From: an uncultured Gammaproteobacteria bacterium
GTDB lineage: Bacteria > Patescibacteriota > Patescibacteriia > UBA1558 > GWA2-36-10
Direction: 5' to 3'
NCBI GenBank assembly: GCA_964633905.1
Contig: CAZWIT010000003.1
Location: forward strand, 3,193 to 67,192
DNA length: 64,000 nucleotides
Shown here piece by piece: positions 18,240 through 28,883 of this stretch (positions are counted from its first letter, which is position 1; the number at the start of each line of letters is the position of its first letter). A model generated the notes under the pieces. It was not told where the DNA came from and searched no databases. It saw only the letters and a list, made by a program, of their open reading frames with translations. A program made the translations under genes and the position numbers.

Positions 18240-21200
18240 TTATGGATTAACTACTATCCAACCATCAAAAGCAATAGCATCTGCTCCTGTGTCGTCCCCT
18301 AAACCCCAACGATCAACTATATACATCTTAGGCTTAAAGCAGGCAGCATTTGGAGCTTGCCCAGTTACGCCCTTGGCTGCACAAGAGTGAGTTGGATCAT
18401 TAGTATATTGATAGTCATGATAAAAAATCTTATAACCCTGGCGACAAGCATTATCCAAACCACCAAAACCTGCAAGTCCAGCCGGCGTAGTGTCACAAGA
18501 ACCTACTGTGTCATCAGCGCATACATTAGGCATATTTTGATCAGATCTACAACTGAATAAAGCATTTTTATAGCGACCAGGAGCTGAAGAAAATCTACTA
18601 TCATCCCAATCCATCCTAATATTTACTACTGGCATATGATCTGGATGGGCATAAAAATATGATTTTACTGCTACGAACAAACTTTCTTTTGAGCTGATAA
18701 TACCATCTTGCTCTTCATTGATAGTAATACCACTTTGATAACCAACTATGCTTTGGTCAGCATTTCTAACAGCGCAAGCTGTTTCACCACAAACTTTCAA
18801 AGCGCGCGGCTTATAATCATCGCCAGCATAAGTATTTGGACTTAAGGTACTGTCATCAATAAATTCACTATCGTCACTGACTGCCACATAACTACCATTT
18901 ACTAAATTTAAATTATAAACATTAGCAAAAATTTTAGTCATACGGCTCCGAGCTTCAGGCCAGGCTGAAGCCAATGTAGATGAAGAAAAGAAAGTTACAG
19001 CCGAAGGTTGCTGTGGCCAAATTTGAGTTGGCGGAATTCTAGTAATAACTGCTTTATTAGGATTAAAGTAATCTAAGGCTGCGCCAAAATGAGTAAATAA
19101 ATTATCGCCCTGTCCAGATATACCAAAATAATAAACATCACGGCCGAGCTGATAAATAGCTCTATTATTAGATGAACGATAATAATAACTCAGCCAATCA
19201 TTTGGATCAGTGTCGTGTATTCTTAAAGTATCATTAGCTCTAGAATAGCGCCACCACATATCAGTACGCACCCAAGATTTATCACCAGCTGCGTCTAATT
19301 GCGTGATCAATCTACACTGCTGATAGCAATCACTGCCACAATCTATACCTTCTTTTTCTGGATCGTATGGCGTATCCGTGCGAATAATATTTCTTCTACT
19401 AGTAATTCTGCGATAAGAGGACAAATCCAAGAAGCCAACACTATCAGCTATTGTAATATCCTGACAAACTGCTCCAGCCTCATCGCCAATCGGAGTTGTA
19501 CAGCCCTCAACCTCTTCACCTAAACTAGAATTAACACCAGCGCCAACATCCAATACTATGCTACCATAAGTTTGATTTTGAGGACCAATAATGGTACAGG
19601 ATCCGGTACCGCCTGGCAAAGGATTAGGTATCGAATTAGGAATATTAGCTGTGACAATATTATAAATAATATCTAAACAACCAGATACACTAGCATAATT
19701 ATCATAAGACTCTTGATGAATGATGGCGCCTGGACATTCATAATCAACGCTTAATGTTCCTGTATTTTGAAATTCACCAAAATCACTACACCAATAAATC
19801 ATAGTACCGTTCTCATTATGGCTTTCACTACCAACTGCATTTACACAATTTTTAAAAGCACAATTCAAATCACCATTACAAGGCTGGGAAACATCAATAG
19901 CGCTATAATAAGGTTCATTACTCAAACAAATTGGTGTACTGTTATTAGTATTACTAGGAGGATTTCCTTCTGTGTGGCTACAATTTTCTTGCTGACAAAC
20001 TGTTACTACATTATTCACTCCTGCTGGAAAGGCTGGTTTTACATATATACCATGAGACATTGGACTACACCAACGATCTTGTTCTTTTTTATTATGACCA
20101 TTCCAACCACGCTGATCAAAACCACCAACATTAGTATTGTTAAAATCGCCATCCAAATATTGATTAAGCCAACTTTCATGCCAACCAGGCGCGCACTGCT
20201 CTAAATTATCAGCTACCCCATCTCCTGTTTCTTGTACGCCATAATTTTTATAAGTACCAATCGGGAAATACTCTTGACCAGGACGACTAGCAAAAGGCCA
20301 AACAATAGCACTTTCACCCCAATTACCATCCCTATTAATATAAGCATCATAAAAATATAGCTCTACTAACCCTGTACTCAAGGCATTGGCGTCAAAAATA
20401 TAATCAAAATTACTTAAAGGTAATACAGGTACCTTGCTACTAGCCGTTAAACCTAATGTCCTAGTGCTATCAAAATCTGAGGCTAAAAATAAACTACTAC
20501 CTTCACCAGTCCCGTATTCACCAAGGGAAGGACCCATGCCCAGCGGACTGCGCCAATTATCATTCCAATTAGTCTCAGTAAACAAAGCATTGGCTCCATT
20601 GCGATGCAACCAAGAAACACCTAAGCCAGTATAGGCTGATTGCACTTCATTTTGCCAGCCCATTTTTCTGACGCCATTAAATAACTGACCCGAAATGCCA
20701 TCAGTTACACTATCATCAGGACCATAAGCGCGTAATACTTCTGGATCAGTGTTTAAATAGCCAGCCACCAAAGTTGTCAAAGCTGGAGTATTATTAAAAG
20801 TACTATCCATATAGCGCAAATGGACTTTGGTGCCAGCTGGCACTTTAGCTAAAACTGAACAAAATTGCATATTGTATGGCGCCCCAGCAGTAAAAGTACT
20901 AACACAATAATATCTAGTTTCCGGCACTACATAATCTTCAGTAGCTGCACAGAATAAAGCATCTTGCCCAGTTGGATTATAGTAGCCAGCTTCTTGGTAA
21001 TTTTCATATAAACTATTTGTACCAGAAATTTGTTCAGCAGGATACCATTGGTTACAATAATAATCATTACCAGCATCTTTGACTAATTGATTATTATAAT
21101 CATAGCTTAGACAAATGCCTGACCAATTATTAATATTTTCTATTTTAGTATATTTTTCACAAAGACCATTTTGTTGCGAAACGCCATTATTGTCTACCGT

Positions 21201-24200
21201 GTCGCACTCGGCATTATTATTACAGGAGTAAACACTATTATTACCTGATACATCTGTCTTGCCAGCAGTACAAATTGCATTTGGTTGTGGCAATGACTTT
21301 GGATAATAACGCACTGTACTAGCACCATAAGTTACCTTACGATAAGACTGCTCACAACCATTAGGAGTCATAATCCGCGGATTATTTTGACTATTAGTAT
21401 CATTCTGACAATAATTAGCCGCACTATAAGACCTTAAAGCACCTTTATTTTCTTCGGCTGGAAAAATACTATGCGGGAAAGGCGCATCAATAGCAGCATA
21501 ACCTCTAGTACTTAAAGCCATGGTCGAAGTGCTAGTATCATTGATCTTAGGATTGAGCCAACAATAACCTGAATCACACTCACCTACATAAACACCTGCT
21601 ACAGCACCGACACTGCAAGCTAAACCATCATAAAGCACTGTGCCAGCTGCATTGCGACAAGCCGCAAAGAAATTACCATCATTAGTAACATTATCAAAAT
21701 AAGGGTAAGCAACTCTCACACTGCCATCATCAAAAGTATTAACCACTAAATCTTTTACTGGTAGCATATTAGGCAAAGAATAACCTAAATATTCTTCATC
21801 GCTCCACTGTAAATGCTCATTAGTACCTGTATCACGATTTTGATAATAAGCTGTACTCAAAACTGTCAAAGCAGGGTTTGGCTCTGCCCATTCGCTACAC
21901 TTAGTAACATTATTATTGCGGTCGTACTCAGTACAAGCTGATACGTCATCACAAACCGTTTTATAGCGATTGCTATCCCTATCCCAAACAGCTGTTGAAG
22001 AACGACAAGCTAACCATTCACTACATTGTCGATCTTTTTTAACTTTAACTAACATATTGGCATCTAGAGAACAAGAACCATCAATTTCTGGATCACAAAC
22101 AACTGGGCTGACTGCTTCTGCTCTAGCTAAATTTTCATCATAAGTTTTACCAGAATCATAGAGAGCTATAACTTCTTCATGCTTAGACTGCCAATAGTTG
22201 GCATCATAAAGTAAAATACAGCCTCCATTTTTATCAACACCGCCAGCGCAGGATTTTTGATCAATACTACTATTATTATAGTAATAATATTCCTGACAAG
22301 CTGGTGTCCAACGACCAGGTCCATCAAGGTCAGGATTTACATTATTAGTTGCCCCTTCACAGGCTAAACGACTATCAAAATCAAGGATATGACCATCATC
22401 AACATTACGACAAACACCATCTAAAGAGTTTGGATCAATACTAGGATCACAAGCTTCTGGATCTGAAGGGTCTCTTAAAGTGGTACACAAATTTTTATCT
22501 GCCGGACAATTAGCAACTAAATTATCAGTAGCTAAATCCCCAGCATCAAGACCAGGTGTAGCATTTGGCCAACAACCAACTGGATTAACAGTGAGTAAAG
22601 AATCTTTCCTAAAGAAGCCAGTCAAACCGTCAGCAGTTGCCCAAACACAATTATTAAATGCTAAATCATCCCCGTCTTCATCTACATCAGACGTATCAAA
22701 AACACCGTCACTATCACTACAGCCTAAAATATTATCTGTATTAAGCGAACTTGTTTTAAACCAACCAGAGTAGCTAATACCATTAACAATAATATTTGTT
22801 TGATAAGTACAAGTACCGCTACCTGGATCACGGAAATAGTAGATACCCTTGTCAGAAGAAAATTCCTCACAACCTAAGCCATCAGAATCACAAAGCGTAC
22901 TAGCGTATTGATCTGGATTATTAATTTTATAAACTGTATTCAAAAGATAGGGGTTGTTACGATCTGGCAAACCCAAAGCTTGACAACCTTTATAATCTTG
23001 GGAGCAATATTTAGTATTATCTGGCACTAAGTAAGCCAAATTATCAGCTGGCACAACTATTTGAGCTGCATTGCCAGCATTAAAAGTTTCTTCAAAAGGA
23101 TAAGTAGAATTTTGAGTATCAATCACTGCCGAACAACCAATAGCCTCCACTCGGCAGAGATTAGAAAATGATCTTAAATTAAATACTTTATTATTAGTAT
23201 CAGTATAACTCTGACAACCTAAATGGTAACCAACATAAGGGCTATCACAAGCAATTGGTGTTTCCCATGAGTTCCTTACCACTGAGATATTATCCCCTAC
23301 TTCTTTAAGTATAATATTATCGACATAAACACTAAAACCGGAACCAGCAACAATAACATTGAAATTCAAACGTAGATTATTTAAATCTAAACCAGTTGGA
23401 TCGGCTGTATAAATATAACTAAAGTAATGCCAATCGCCTGCTGAAATATTACGTAATTGACTATCATTAGGATCATAAAACACCTTAGGAGTAAGTATAC
23501 TAGGACTAGATAATAATACTTCTACACTATTTACTTGTATTTCACTCTTCATCCACCAACTTAACTTGTATTGCCGTGGACCTTCACCAATATTAGACAA
23601 AGGACGATAAAATGCCGCGCTATTGTCATTAGCATTTATTTTGATTGAATGACCATTATTTTCCAAAGCTTCTGAAGATAAGCTAACCACATCACTACTA
23701 CTAGCCCATGGGGCAAAAGTACCTTGCTCAAAATTATTAGAAAATATTTCGCGGACATTATTAGCAGTATTGCCAGTATAAAGATGACAACCATTAAATT
23801 CGGCACTACAAGCAATGCTTAAACTAGGAATTGTTTTATAAACTTCGCCAGAAGCTGTGCGTCGATATTCATGACAATCACTACTTGCATAAATTACCCG
23901 ATCTTGCAAACGATAAGATGGGCGACCATCAGTGTCAAAAAATTGACGACAATTTGGATTTACATCAGCATCACTACAAGTAGCAACTGGATATTGTGGC
24001 GCTGTATTATCCAAACAAGTTTCACCACCCGGAGCAATATTAGTACAAGGAGCTAAAGAGCCATTAGCCTCGGGAGCAGCATTAGTAACAAGTATCTGCC
24101 AAGTACGAATTTGATAACCAGCTGTATCTGACCCTTCCCAAGTGTAATAAGTAGTTCCTAAACTTTCAGCCACACATTGACGAATATAAGTAAAGTATTC

Positions 24201-27113
24201 TTTACCTTCACCGCCTTGAGCTACTTCGTCTAAATTTGTAAATTCTTCACAACCAATAGCAGATGCTGGACAAGCCTGGGCTGTGTTAGGTATAAAATTA
24301 TAATATTGAGTATCCGTATCACCCTCCATCACACTAAAAATACTAGGTGTTTCTGCAAAGCTAGCATAACCAACACATTCGGCTGGACATAAGTCACTAG
24401 GATTCACTACCGCCGGAATCATTGTTCCGCCCTCAGTTGGTGTATAGCCCTGACAACCTAATTCATCGGCAGTACACATAAATCGACTATCGTTCATGGT
24501 AATTTTACCGCCTGCGCCATAATCACTATAAGGAGAGGCAATTCTATCTACACTACTAACTATCTCTACCTTAATATCATCAAACCAAATTAAATCTGTA
24601 CCAGAACTAGCTAATAAATTTAATAAAGCTCCACTAGTATATTGGTTGGTAGTAAAAATACAACTTGATCTTTGAAATTCAACACCATTAGGAGTAAAAC
24701 GTAAATCAGCATCTTCATCGTGAGGAACATCACAAAATCTTGTGTCACCTAAAGGTGGAGGTACTGGACCAGCTGCGTTAGTATTACCAACAGCATCATC
24801 GCAATTACCAGTATTATCACACATAATCAAAGATATTCTAGCAGCGGGACTAGTAGCATTAGCCACATGTTGAGCAGCTGCAGCTGATATAGTATAGGTA
24901 GTATTTGGTAATAAATAAATTTTCTGTTGAAAACGCTGTGAATCTGGATGAGACGGATTGCCATATGTATAGCCATTAGCTACCTTGCCAGTAACGCTAT
25001 CATATTCAACACCATCACTAGGATTACCGCCATTATCAAGCCAACCGTCTGGCATGTTGTCTGCATTAGTATCAGCCAAGCTACCATTTGCAACTACATT
25101 AATACCTCTGTCAGCTGCCATCACTATATATTCATGACAACCAGCTTCTGACGAAGGACAATCTTGGGCCTGACGATTTAAAAATAAATCATTATCGTCT
25201 GTATTTATATCTTGCAAGACCCAATTATTTTCCTGGTTCATTTCTTGACTATAGCGCTTACAGCCAGCCTGATCAGCAGTACAATAACTTAAAGATTGCT
25301 CTAGATAGGATTCCTGACCAATTTCTGGATTATCAAAAGTCAAACAACCAGAATAAATATCACCTTGATTACATTGATCAGCTCCTAGGCGCCAGATATT
25401 TTCTGACTTAGTACAATAACCATATTGGTTATCTAGACAATTACCATTTTCATCTTCACGCAAACAAACTTGAGCATCAGCACAATATTGCTGACGAGTA
25501 TCAGTTTCTGGCGAATCAAGTAAAGGCGAATACACATAGGCCGAACAATAAGCAGCTGGTGCTTTTAATACCCAATTAGGATCAACTAAATGATAAAATG
25601 GATTATGTTGCTCACCATCAACAATAAAATCAGGACTTACTGGAAATGGACATTTTTCATCTTCAAAACAATCCATTGCCTGACGTAAAGTAACTGGGGT
25701 AATCAAATCACTACGCTGACTAGCCATTTCCCATCCGACTGGTATGATATTAGCCTTACGTAATTTTACTAAATTATTATAGCAGAACGCTCCCTTATAA
25801 CACTCCTGATTAGTGCGCAAGGTATCACTAGGATTAATAAACTGCCAAGCGCCATTTAAAATACCATTTTCTACTGCTTCTTTTACTGTTAATTTATTAC
25901 TAATTGCCTGCAAAAGATCAGTAGACATTACACAATTGTCTGGCTTACGAAACTGAGCTTCTTCTGGGCAAATTGAAAAATCATTAAGAAAACTATAAGA
26001 CTCAATCGGACTAATTTTTATATTTTTAAAATCTGTAAAAACATCAGCTCCGCGTGGATTCCTAATATCACCACCGCCTCGTAATTGATCCAATAAACTA
26101 TCCCTAAAATCATCATCTTTGCCAAAAATGTCAGCCATGGACCACATGCCGCCCTTAATCCATTTTTGTAATAATTTAGAGCTTAAAGTATTGGCAAAAT
26201 TACTAGCCGCATCTTTCATAATATCAGTTAATTTGCGATTAGTAGCCGCTTCTTTACGAGAAGCAATACGATTAGCTGAGTCTCGTACAGCCGCCGTCCA
26301 TTCCTCTTCAGTCATTTTTAAGATAACGGCACAATGTGTTTTAACTTCTAATGTAATAGCCGTTGCTTTATCTTTAAAACCCCTACATTCTTCTTCGCCC
26401 ATCTTAAAAACATCAACCGAAACCGCTTTACGATTATTAATCTCCCCTTGTAATTTAGCAAAAACACCTAGATCGCTTTGCTCTAAAGAGTAGGCTTTAA
26501 AATAATCCTCTATACCCTGCACTCCTTGCTGAGGGCTAAGTTGAAATTTAACTAACTCCGCAAAATTTTGATTGCCAAAACTTTCCCATCTTTTTTTAAC
26601 ATTAGTCCAATTACAACGACTAGCATAAGTTGTCTGAGGCGGCGCTTGTTCATTAATTAAAGAAAGGGTCAAGGTTAGTTTTACTTCTAAACTAGGTTCA
26701 CAAAGATCCAAGCCTAAATCAGCAAAATAAGTATTACTCAACTGACCAATAAATTCACCAACCGCTGCTTTTTGAGCACGATCCAAACTTTTAGTTATAC
26801 TTTCTGTTCTAAATAATGGCACATTGCCTGTACCGCCAGTAGCTATTTCAGTTGCAACATTATAAGCCAAATCATTCATGAACATTTCTACAGTACGATT
26901 AGCCAGATCTGCTCCTACCCAGCCCTGCACTTTACTCCAAGCATCATTAATCTTATCAGCAACATCACGCCTAGTCTGCGGTAGAGATTGTATAATATAA
27001 GCCATTAACGGACCGACCATTTGAGCATTTGCCGACCTTACCTGCGCTAATATAGCAGTGCCCATCAAAATCATCAATAAAGCAGCAATAATAATTTTTT
27101 TGTAGCGATACAT
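18240..27113 (-). CDS. Giant (2957 aa) secreted Cys-rich surface protein with carbohydrate-binding-like modules
   Basis: Signal peptide, repeated C-x5-GC-x2-aromatic motifs, two CBM_4_9-like segments (NVVANGSLAD..PDGW and NNFEQGTFAPW). Confidence 0.8.
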   Translation of the reverse strand: MYRYKKIIIAALLMILMGTAILAQVRSANAQMVGPLMAYIIQSLPQTRRDVADKINDAWSKVQGWVGADLANRTVEMFMNDLAYNVATEIATGGTGNVPLFRTESITKSLDRAQKAAVGEFIGQLSNTYFADLGLDLCEPSLEVKLTLTLSLINEQAPPQTTYASRCNWTNVKKRWESFGNQNFAELVKFQLSPQQGVQGIEDYFKAYSLEQSDLGVFAKLQGEINNRKAVSVDVFKMGEEECRGFKDKATAITLEVKTHCAVILKMTEEEWTAAVRDSANRIASRKEAATNRKLTDIMKDAASNFANTLSSKLLQKWIKGGMWSMADIFGKDDDFRDSLLDQLRGGGDIRNPRGADVFTDFKNIKISPIESYSFLNDFSICPEEAQFRKPDNCVMSTDLLQAISNKLTVKEAVENGILNGAWQFINPSDTLRTNQECYKGAFCYNNLVKLRKANIIPVGWEMASQRSDLITPVTLRQAMDCFEDEKCPFPVSPDFIVDGEQHNPFYHLVDPNWVLKAPAAYCSAYVYSPLLDSPETDTRQQYCADAQVCLREDENGNCLDNQYGYCTKSENIWRLGADQCNQGDIYSGCLTFDNPEIGQESYLEQSLSYCTADQAGCKRYSQEMNQENNWVLQDINTDDNDLFLNRQAQDCPSSEAGCHEYIVMAADRGINVVANGSLADTNADNMPDGWLDNGGNPSDGVEYDSVTGKVANGYTYGNPSHPDSQRFQQKIYLLPNTTYTISAAAAQHVANATSPAARISLIMCDNTGNCDDAVGNTNAAGPVPPPLGDTRFCDVPHDEDADLRFTPNGVEFQRSSCIFTTNQYTSGALLNLLASSGTDLIWFDDIKVEIVSSVDRIASPYSDYGAGGKITMNDSRFMCTADELGCQGYTPTEGGTMIPAVVNPSDLCPAECVGYASFAETPSIFSVMEGDTDTQYYNFIPNTAQACPASAIGCEEFTNLDEVAQGGEGKEYFTYIRQCVAESLGTTYYTWEGSDTAGYQIRTWQILVTNAAPEANGSLAPCTNIAPGGETCLDNTAPQYPVATCSDADVNPNCRQFFDTDGRPSYRLQDRVIYASSDCHEYRRTASGEVYKTIPSLSIACSAEFNGCHLYTGNTANNVREIFSNNFEQGTFAPWASSSDVVSLSSEALENNGHSIKINANDNSAAFYRPLSNIGEGPRQYKLSWWMKSEIQVNSVEVLLSSPSILTPKVFYDPNDSQLRNISAGDWHYFSYIYTADPTGLDLNNLRLNFNVIVAGSGFSVYVDNIILKEVGDNISVVRNSWETPIACDSPYVGYHLGCQSYTDTNNKVFNLRSFSNLCRVEAIGCSAVIDTQNSTYPFEETFNAGNAAQIVVPADNLAYLVPDNTKYCSQDYKGCQALGLPDRNNPYLLNTVYKINNPDQYASTLCDSDGLGCEEFSSDKGIYYFRDPGSGTCTYQTNIIVNGISYSGWFKTSSLNTDNILGCSDSDGVFDTSDVDEDGDDLAFNNCVWATADGLTGFFRKDSLLTVNPVGCWPNATPGLDAGDLATDNLVANCPADKNLCTTLRDPSDPEACDPSIDPNSLDGVCRNVDDGHILDFDSRLACEGATNNVNPDLDGPGRWTPACQEYYYYNNSSIDQKSCAGGVDKNGGCILLYDANYWQSKHEEVIALYDSGKTYDENLARAEAVSPVVCDPEIDGSCSLDANMLVKVKKDRQCSEWLACRSSTAVWDRDSNRYKTVCDDVSACTEYDRNNNVTKCSEWAEPNPALTVLSTAYYQNRDTGTNEHLQWSDEEYLGYSLPNMLPVKDLVVNTFDDGSVRVAYPYFDNVTNDGNFFAACRNAAGTVLYDGLACSVGAVAGVYVGECDSGYCWLNPKINDTSTSTMALSTRGYAAIDAPFPHSIFPAEENKGALRSYSAANYCQNDTNSQNNPRIMTPNGCEQSYRKVTYGASTVRYYPKSLPQPNAICTAGKTDVSGNNSVYSCNNNAECDTVDNNGVSQQNGLCEKYTKIENINNWSGICLSYDYNNQLVKDAGNDYYCNQWYPAEQISGTNSLYENYQEAGYYNPTGQDALFCAATEDYVVPETRYYCVSTFTAGAPYNMQFCSVLAKVPAGTKVHLRYMDSTFNNTPALTTLVAGYLNTDPEVLRAYGPDDSVTDGISGQLFNGVRKMGWQNEVQSAYTGLGVSWLHRNGANALFTETNWNDNWRSPLGMGPSLGEYGTGEGSSLFLASDFDSTRTLGLTASSKVPVLPLSNFDYIFDANALSTGLVELYFYDAYINRDGNWGESAIVWPFASRPGQEYFPIGTYKNYGVQETGDGVADNLEQCAPGWHESWLNQYLDGDFNNTNVGGFDQRGWNGHNKKEQDRWCSPMSHGIYVKPAFPAGVNNVVTVCQQENCSHTEGNPPSNTNNSTPICLSNEPYYSAIDVSQPCNGDLNCAFKNCVNAVGSESHNENGTMIYWCSDFGEFQNTGTLSVDYECPGAIIHQESYDNYASVSGCLDIIYNIVTANIPNSIPNPLPGGTGSCTIIGPQNQTYGSIVLDVGAGVNSSLGEEVEGCTTPIGDEAGAVCQDITIADSVGFLDLSSYRRITSRRNIIRTDTPYDPEKEGIDCGSDCYQQCRLITQLDAAGDKSWVRTDMWWRYSRANDTLRIHDTDPNDWLSYYYRSSNNRAIYQLGRDVYYFGISGQGDNLFTHFGAALDYFNPNKAVITRIPPTQIWPQQPSAVTFFSSSTLASAWPEARSRMTKIFANVYNLNLVNGSYVAVSDDSEFIDDSTLSPNTYAGDDYKPRALKVCGETACAVRNADQSIVGYQSGITINEEQDGIISSKESLFVAVKSYFYAHPDHMPVVNIRMDWDDSRFSSAPGRYKNALFSCRSDQNMPNVCADDTVGSCDTTPAGLAGFGGLDNACRQGYKIFYHDYQYTNDPTHSCAAKGVTGQAPNAACFKPKMYIVDRWGLGDDTGADAIAFDGWIVVNP

Positions 27114-27133
27114 AAGAAATATTTTACTTTTTA

Positions 27134-27940
27134 TTACTTACCAATTAATTGGTCCCTAATAGTTATTAATTCTGTTTCCGATAAAGCTTTGATTTTATCT
27201 ATTTCCGCATCAGGCTGGCTTAATAAAAAAGTCCGCACTTGTTCTGGTGTGGTAGTAGCAGTCCAGGCATCACTAGGTACAATTTGGCTTTCTGCCACAA
27301 TGGATAAAATATTTAATAAATCTTCATCAGTTAAATTTGCTAACTCAGCTTCGGTCATACCTTGTGCTAATAAAAATTTACGAAATTCATTAGCTGTTGC
27401 CTGTTCTAAAGTCAAATCCTTATTAAGGGATAAATCATTTAAAATATTAGCTAGTTTTGTATCAGGAGTAATTAGTTTTAATAAACCGCACTCTTCTCCA
27501 AAAGGACAAAGCGGATCATCTCCTTTGACCACTTCATCACCGTCTTTAATACCATCGCTATCAGTATCATCCAAAAACATACTAGTATAATATTGATAAA
27601 GTTCAGCAAAATCAGTTAAACCATCCTGGTCTGTATCTTTATTTTTTAATTCAGCAATAGTTTGCTCTTGGCTATCTTGATTGTTTACTAATTGTTCCTT
27701 TAAAAAATCTGGCAAGTCATAGCTTACTGTTTTTTTGAGATTTCGATACCAATAATTAGTTACAAAAACTAAAATTAACAAACTAATTATTGCTAAAGGC
27801 CAAAAAAAGCGATGTCTGCTGGCAACATGGAATTGATTATTTGATAATTTAGTTGACCGTCTAGAGTTATCTTCAGTACCAAGTAAATCTCTAAGGTCTA
27901 GTTCCTCACCAGTATCTATCTGGTATAATTTTTTTGGCAT
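27134..27940 (-). CDS. Single-TM protein with TSP3-like Ca-binding repeats
   Basis: DTDQDGLTDFAE and DTDSDGIKDGDEV..GDDPL motifs. Confidence 0.7.
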   Translation of the reverse strand: MPKKLYQIDTGEELDLRDLLGTEDNSRRSTKLSNNQFHVASRHRFFWPLAIISLLILVFVTNYWYRNLKKTVSYDLPDFLKEQLVNNQDSQEQTIAELKNKDTDQDGLTDFAELYQYYTSMFLDDTDSDGIKDGDEVVKGDDPLCPFGEECGLLKLITPDTKLANILNDLSLNKDLTLEQATANEFRKFLLAQGMTEAELANLTDEDLLNILSIVAESQIVPSDAWTATTTPEQVRTFLLSQPDAEIDKIKALSETELITIRDQLIGK

Positions 27941-28047
27941 TAGCTTAAAATAATCTGGCTTTATTATAACATAAATTTATAAAAACTCCAAAAAAAATAA
28001 ACAGTCTTCCTGCCTACTTATCCCCAATAAAAAATATTAGTTTTAAT

Positions 28048-28881
28048 CTAGAGTAAAGCAACTAAATCAAGCCAATTTTTAGTGCTTAAATTCTCGGCTC
28101 TAATATTTTTGTCTAAATTAAGTTTAGCAAAAGCCTGCTCTACCTTGGCTTTTTCTAAACGAGTATCAGTTAAAATATTATTAATTAACTTTTTCCTTTT
28201 TTGAGCAAACCCACGATGAATTAACTGCCAGGTAAATTTTTCATCAACCCGATAAGGCCAAGCTTTAATATTATTAATATTAATTACAGCTGAATCTACT
28301 TGTGGCTCAGGATAAAAACAAGTTTTAGGGACTATTGCAGCTAAGCTCGCCTGTCCATAAAAAGCAACTGCCAGAGAAAGTAAGCTCTGCTTTTGATCAC
28401 TAGCTACTAGGCGTTGAGCTACTTCCTTTTGTATCATCAAAGTCAGACTTTTAGGAGCTGGTTTAAAATTCATAAATTTCTGAATAAATTTACCAGTCAA
28501 ATAATAAGGAATATTAGCCACAATCTTATATTCTAGTACTCCATATTTAGATAATATTGCTTGCCATTGTTGTTCTTGTAAAGATAAAATGTCCTGCCAG
28601 ATTATTTCTAAATTAGGACTAACTTTAGCAATTTTAGCCAAAGCTTGCTCAAAATTTTTATCAAGCTCTAAGGCAAGCACCTGTTTAACTTGGCTGGTCA
28701 AACTAGCTGTTAAGGCTCCTAACCCTGGGCCAACTTCTAAAACTAAATCGCTTGGACTAAGATCAGCTGTATCAATGATTTCTTCTAAAACTGAATCATC
28801 AATTAAAAAATTTTGGCCCCTTAATTTATTTGGGGTCAAATTATATTTTTTTAATAAAAATTTTAATTCTTCAATATTCAT
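28048..28881 (-). CDS. rsmA: 16S rRNA adenine dimethyltransferase RsmA/KsgA
   Basis: GQNFLID, LEVGPGLGALT, VANIPYY, MIQKEVA, RAENLS. Confidence 0.96.
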   Translation of the reverse strand: MNIEELKFLLKKYNLTPNKLRGQNFLIDDSVLEEIIDTADLSPSDLVLEVGPGLGALTASLTSQVKQVLALELDKNFEQALAKIAKVSPNLEIIWQDILSLQEQQWQAILSKYGVLEYKIVANIPYYLTGKFIQKFMNFKPAPKSLTLMIQKEVAQRLVASDQKQSLLSLAVAFYGQASLAAIVPKTCFYPEPQVDSAVININNIKAWPYRVDEKFTWQLIHRGFAQKRKKLINNILTDTRLEKAKVEQAFAKLNLDKNIRAENLSTKNWLDLVALL

Positions 28882-28883
28882 AT

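Noticed and set aside
28018-28026. TTATCCCCA DnaA-box variant
   Set aside because: A single mismatched site, expected by chance in AT-rich DNA.
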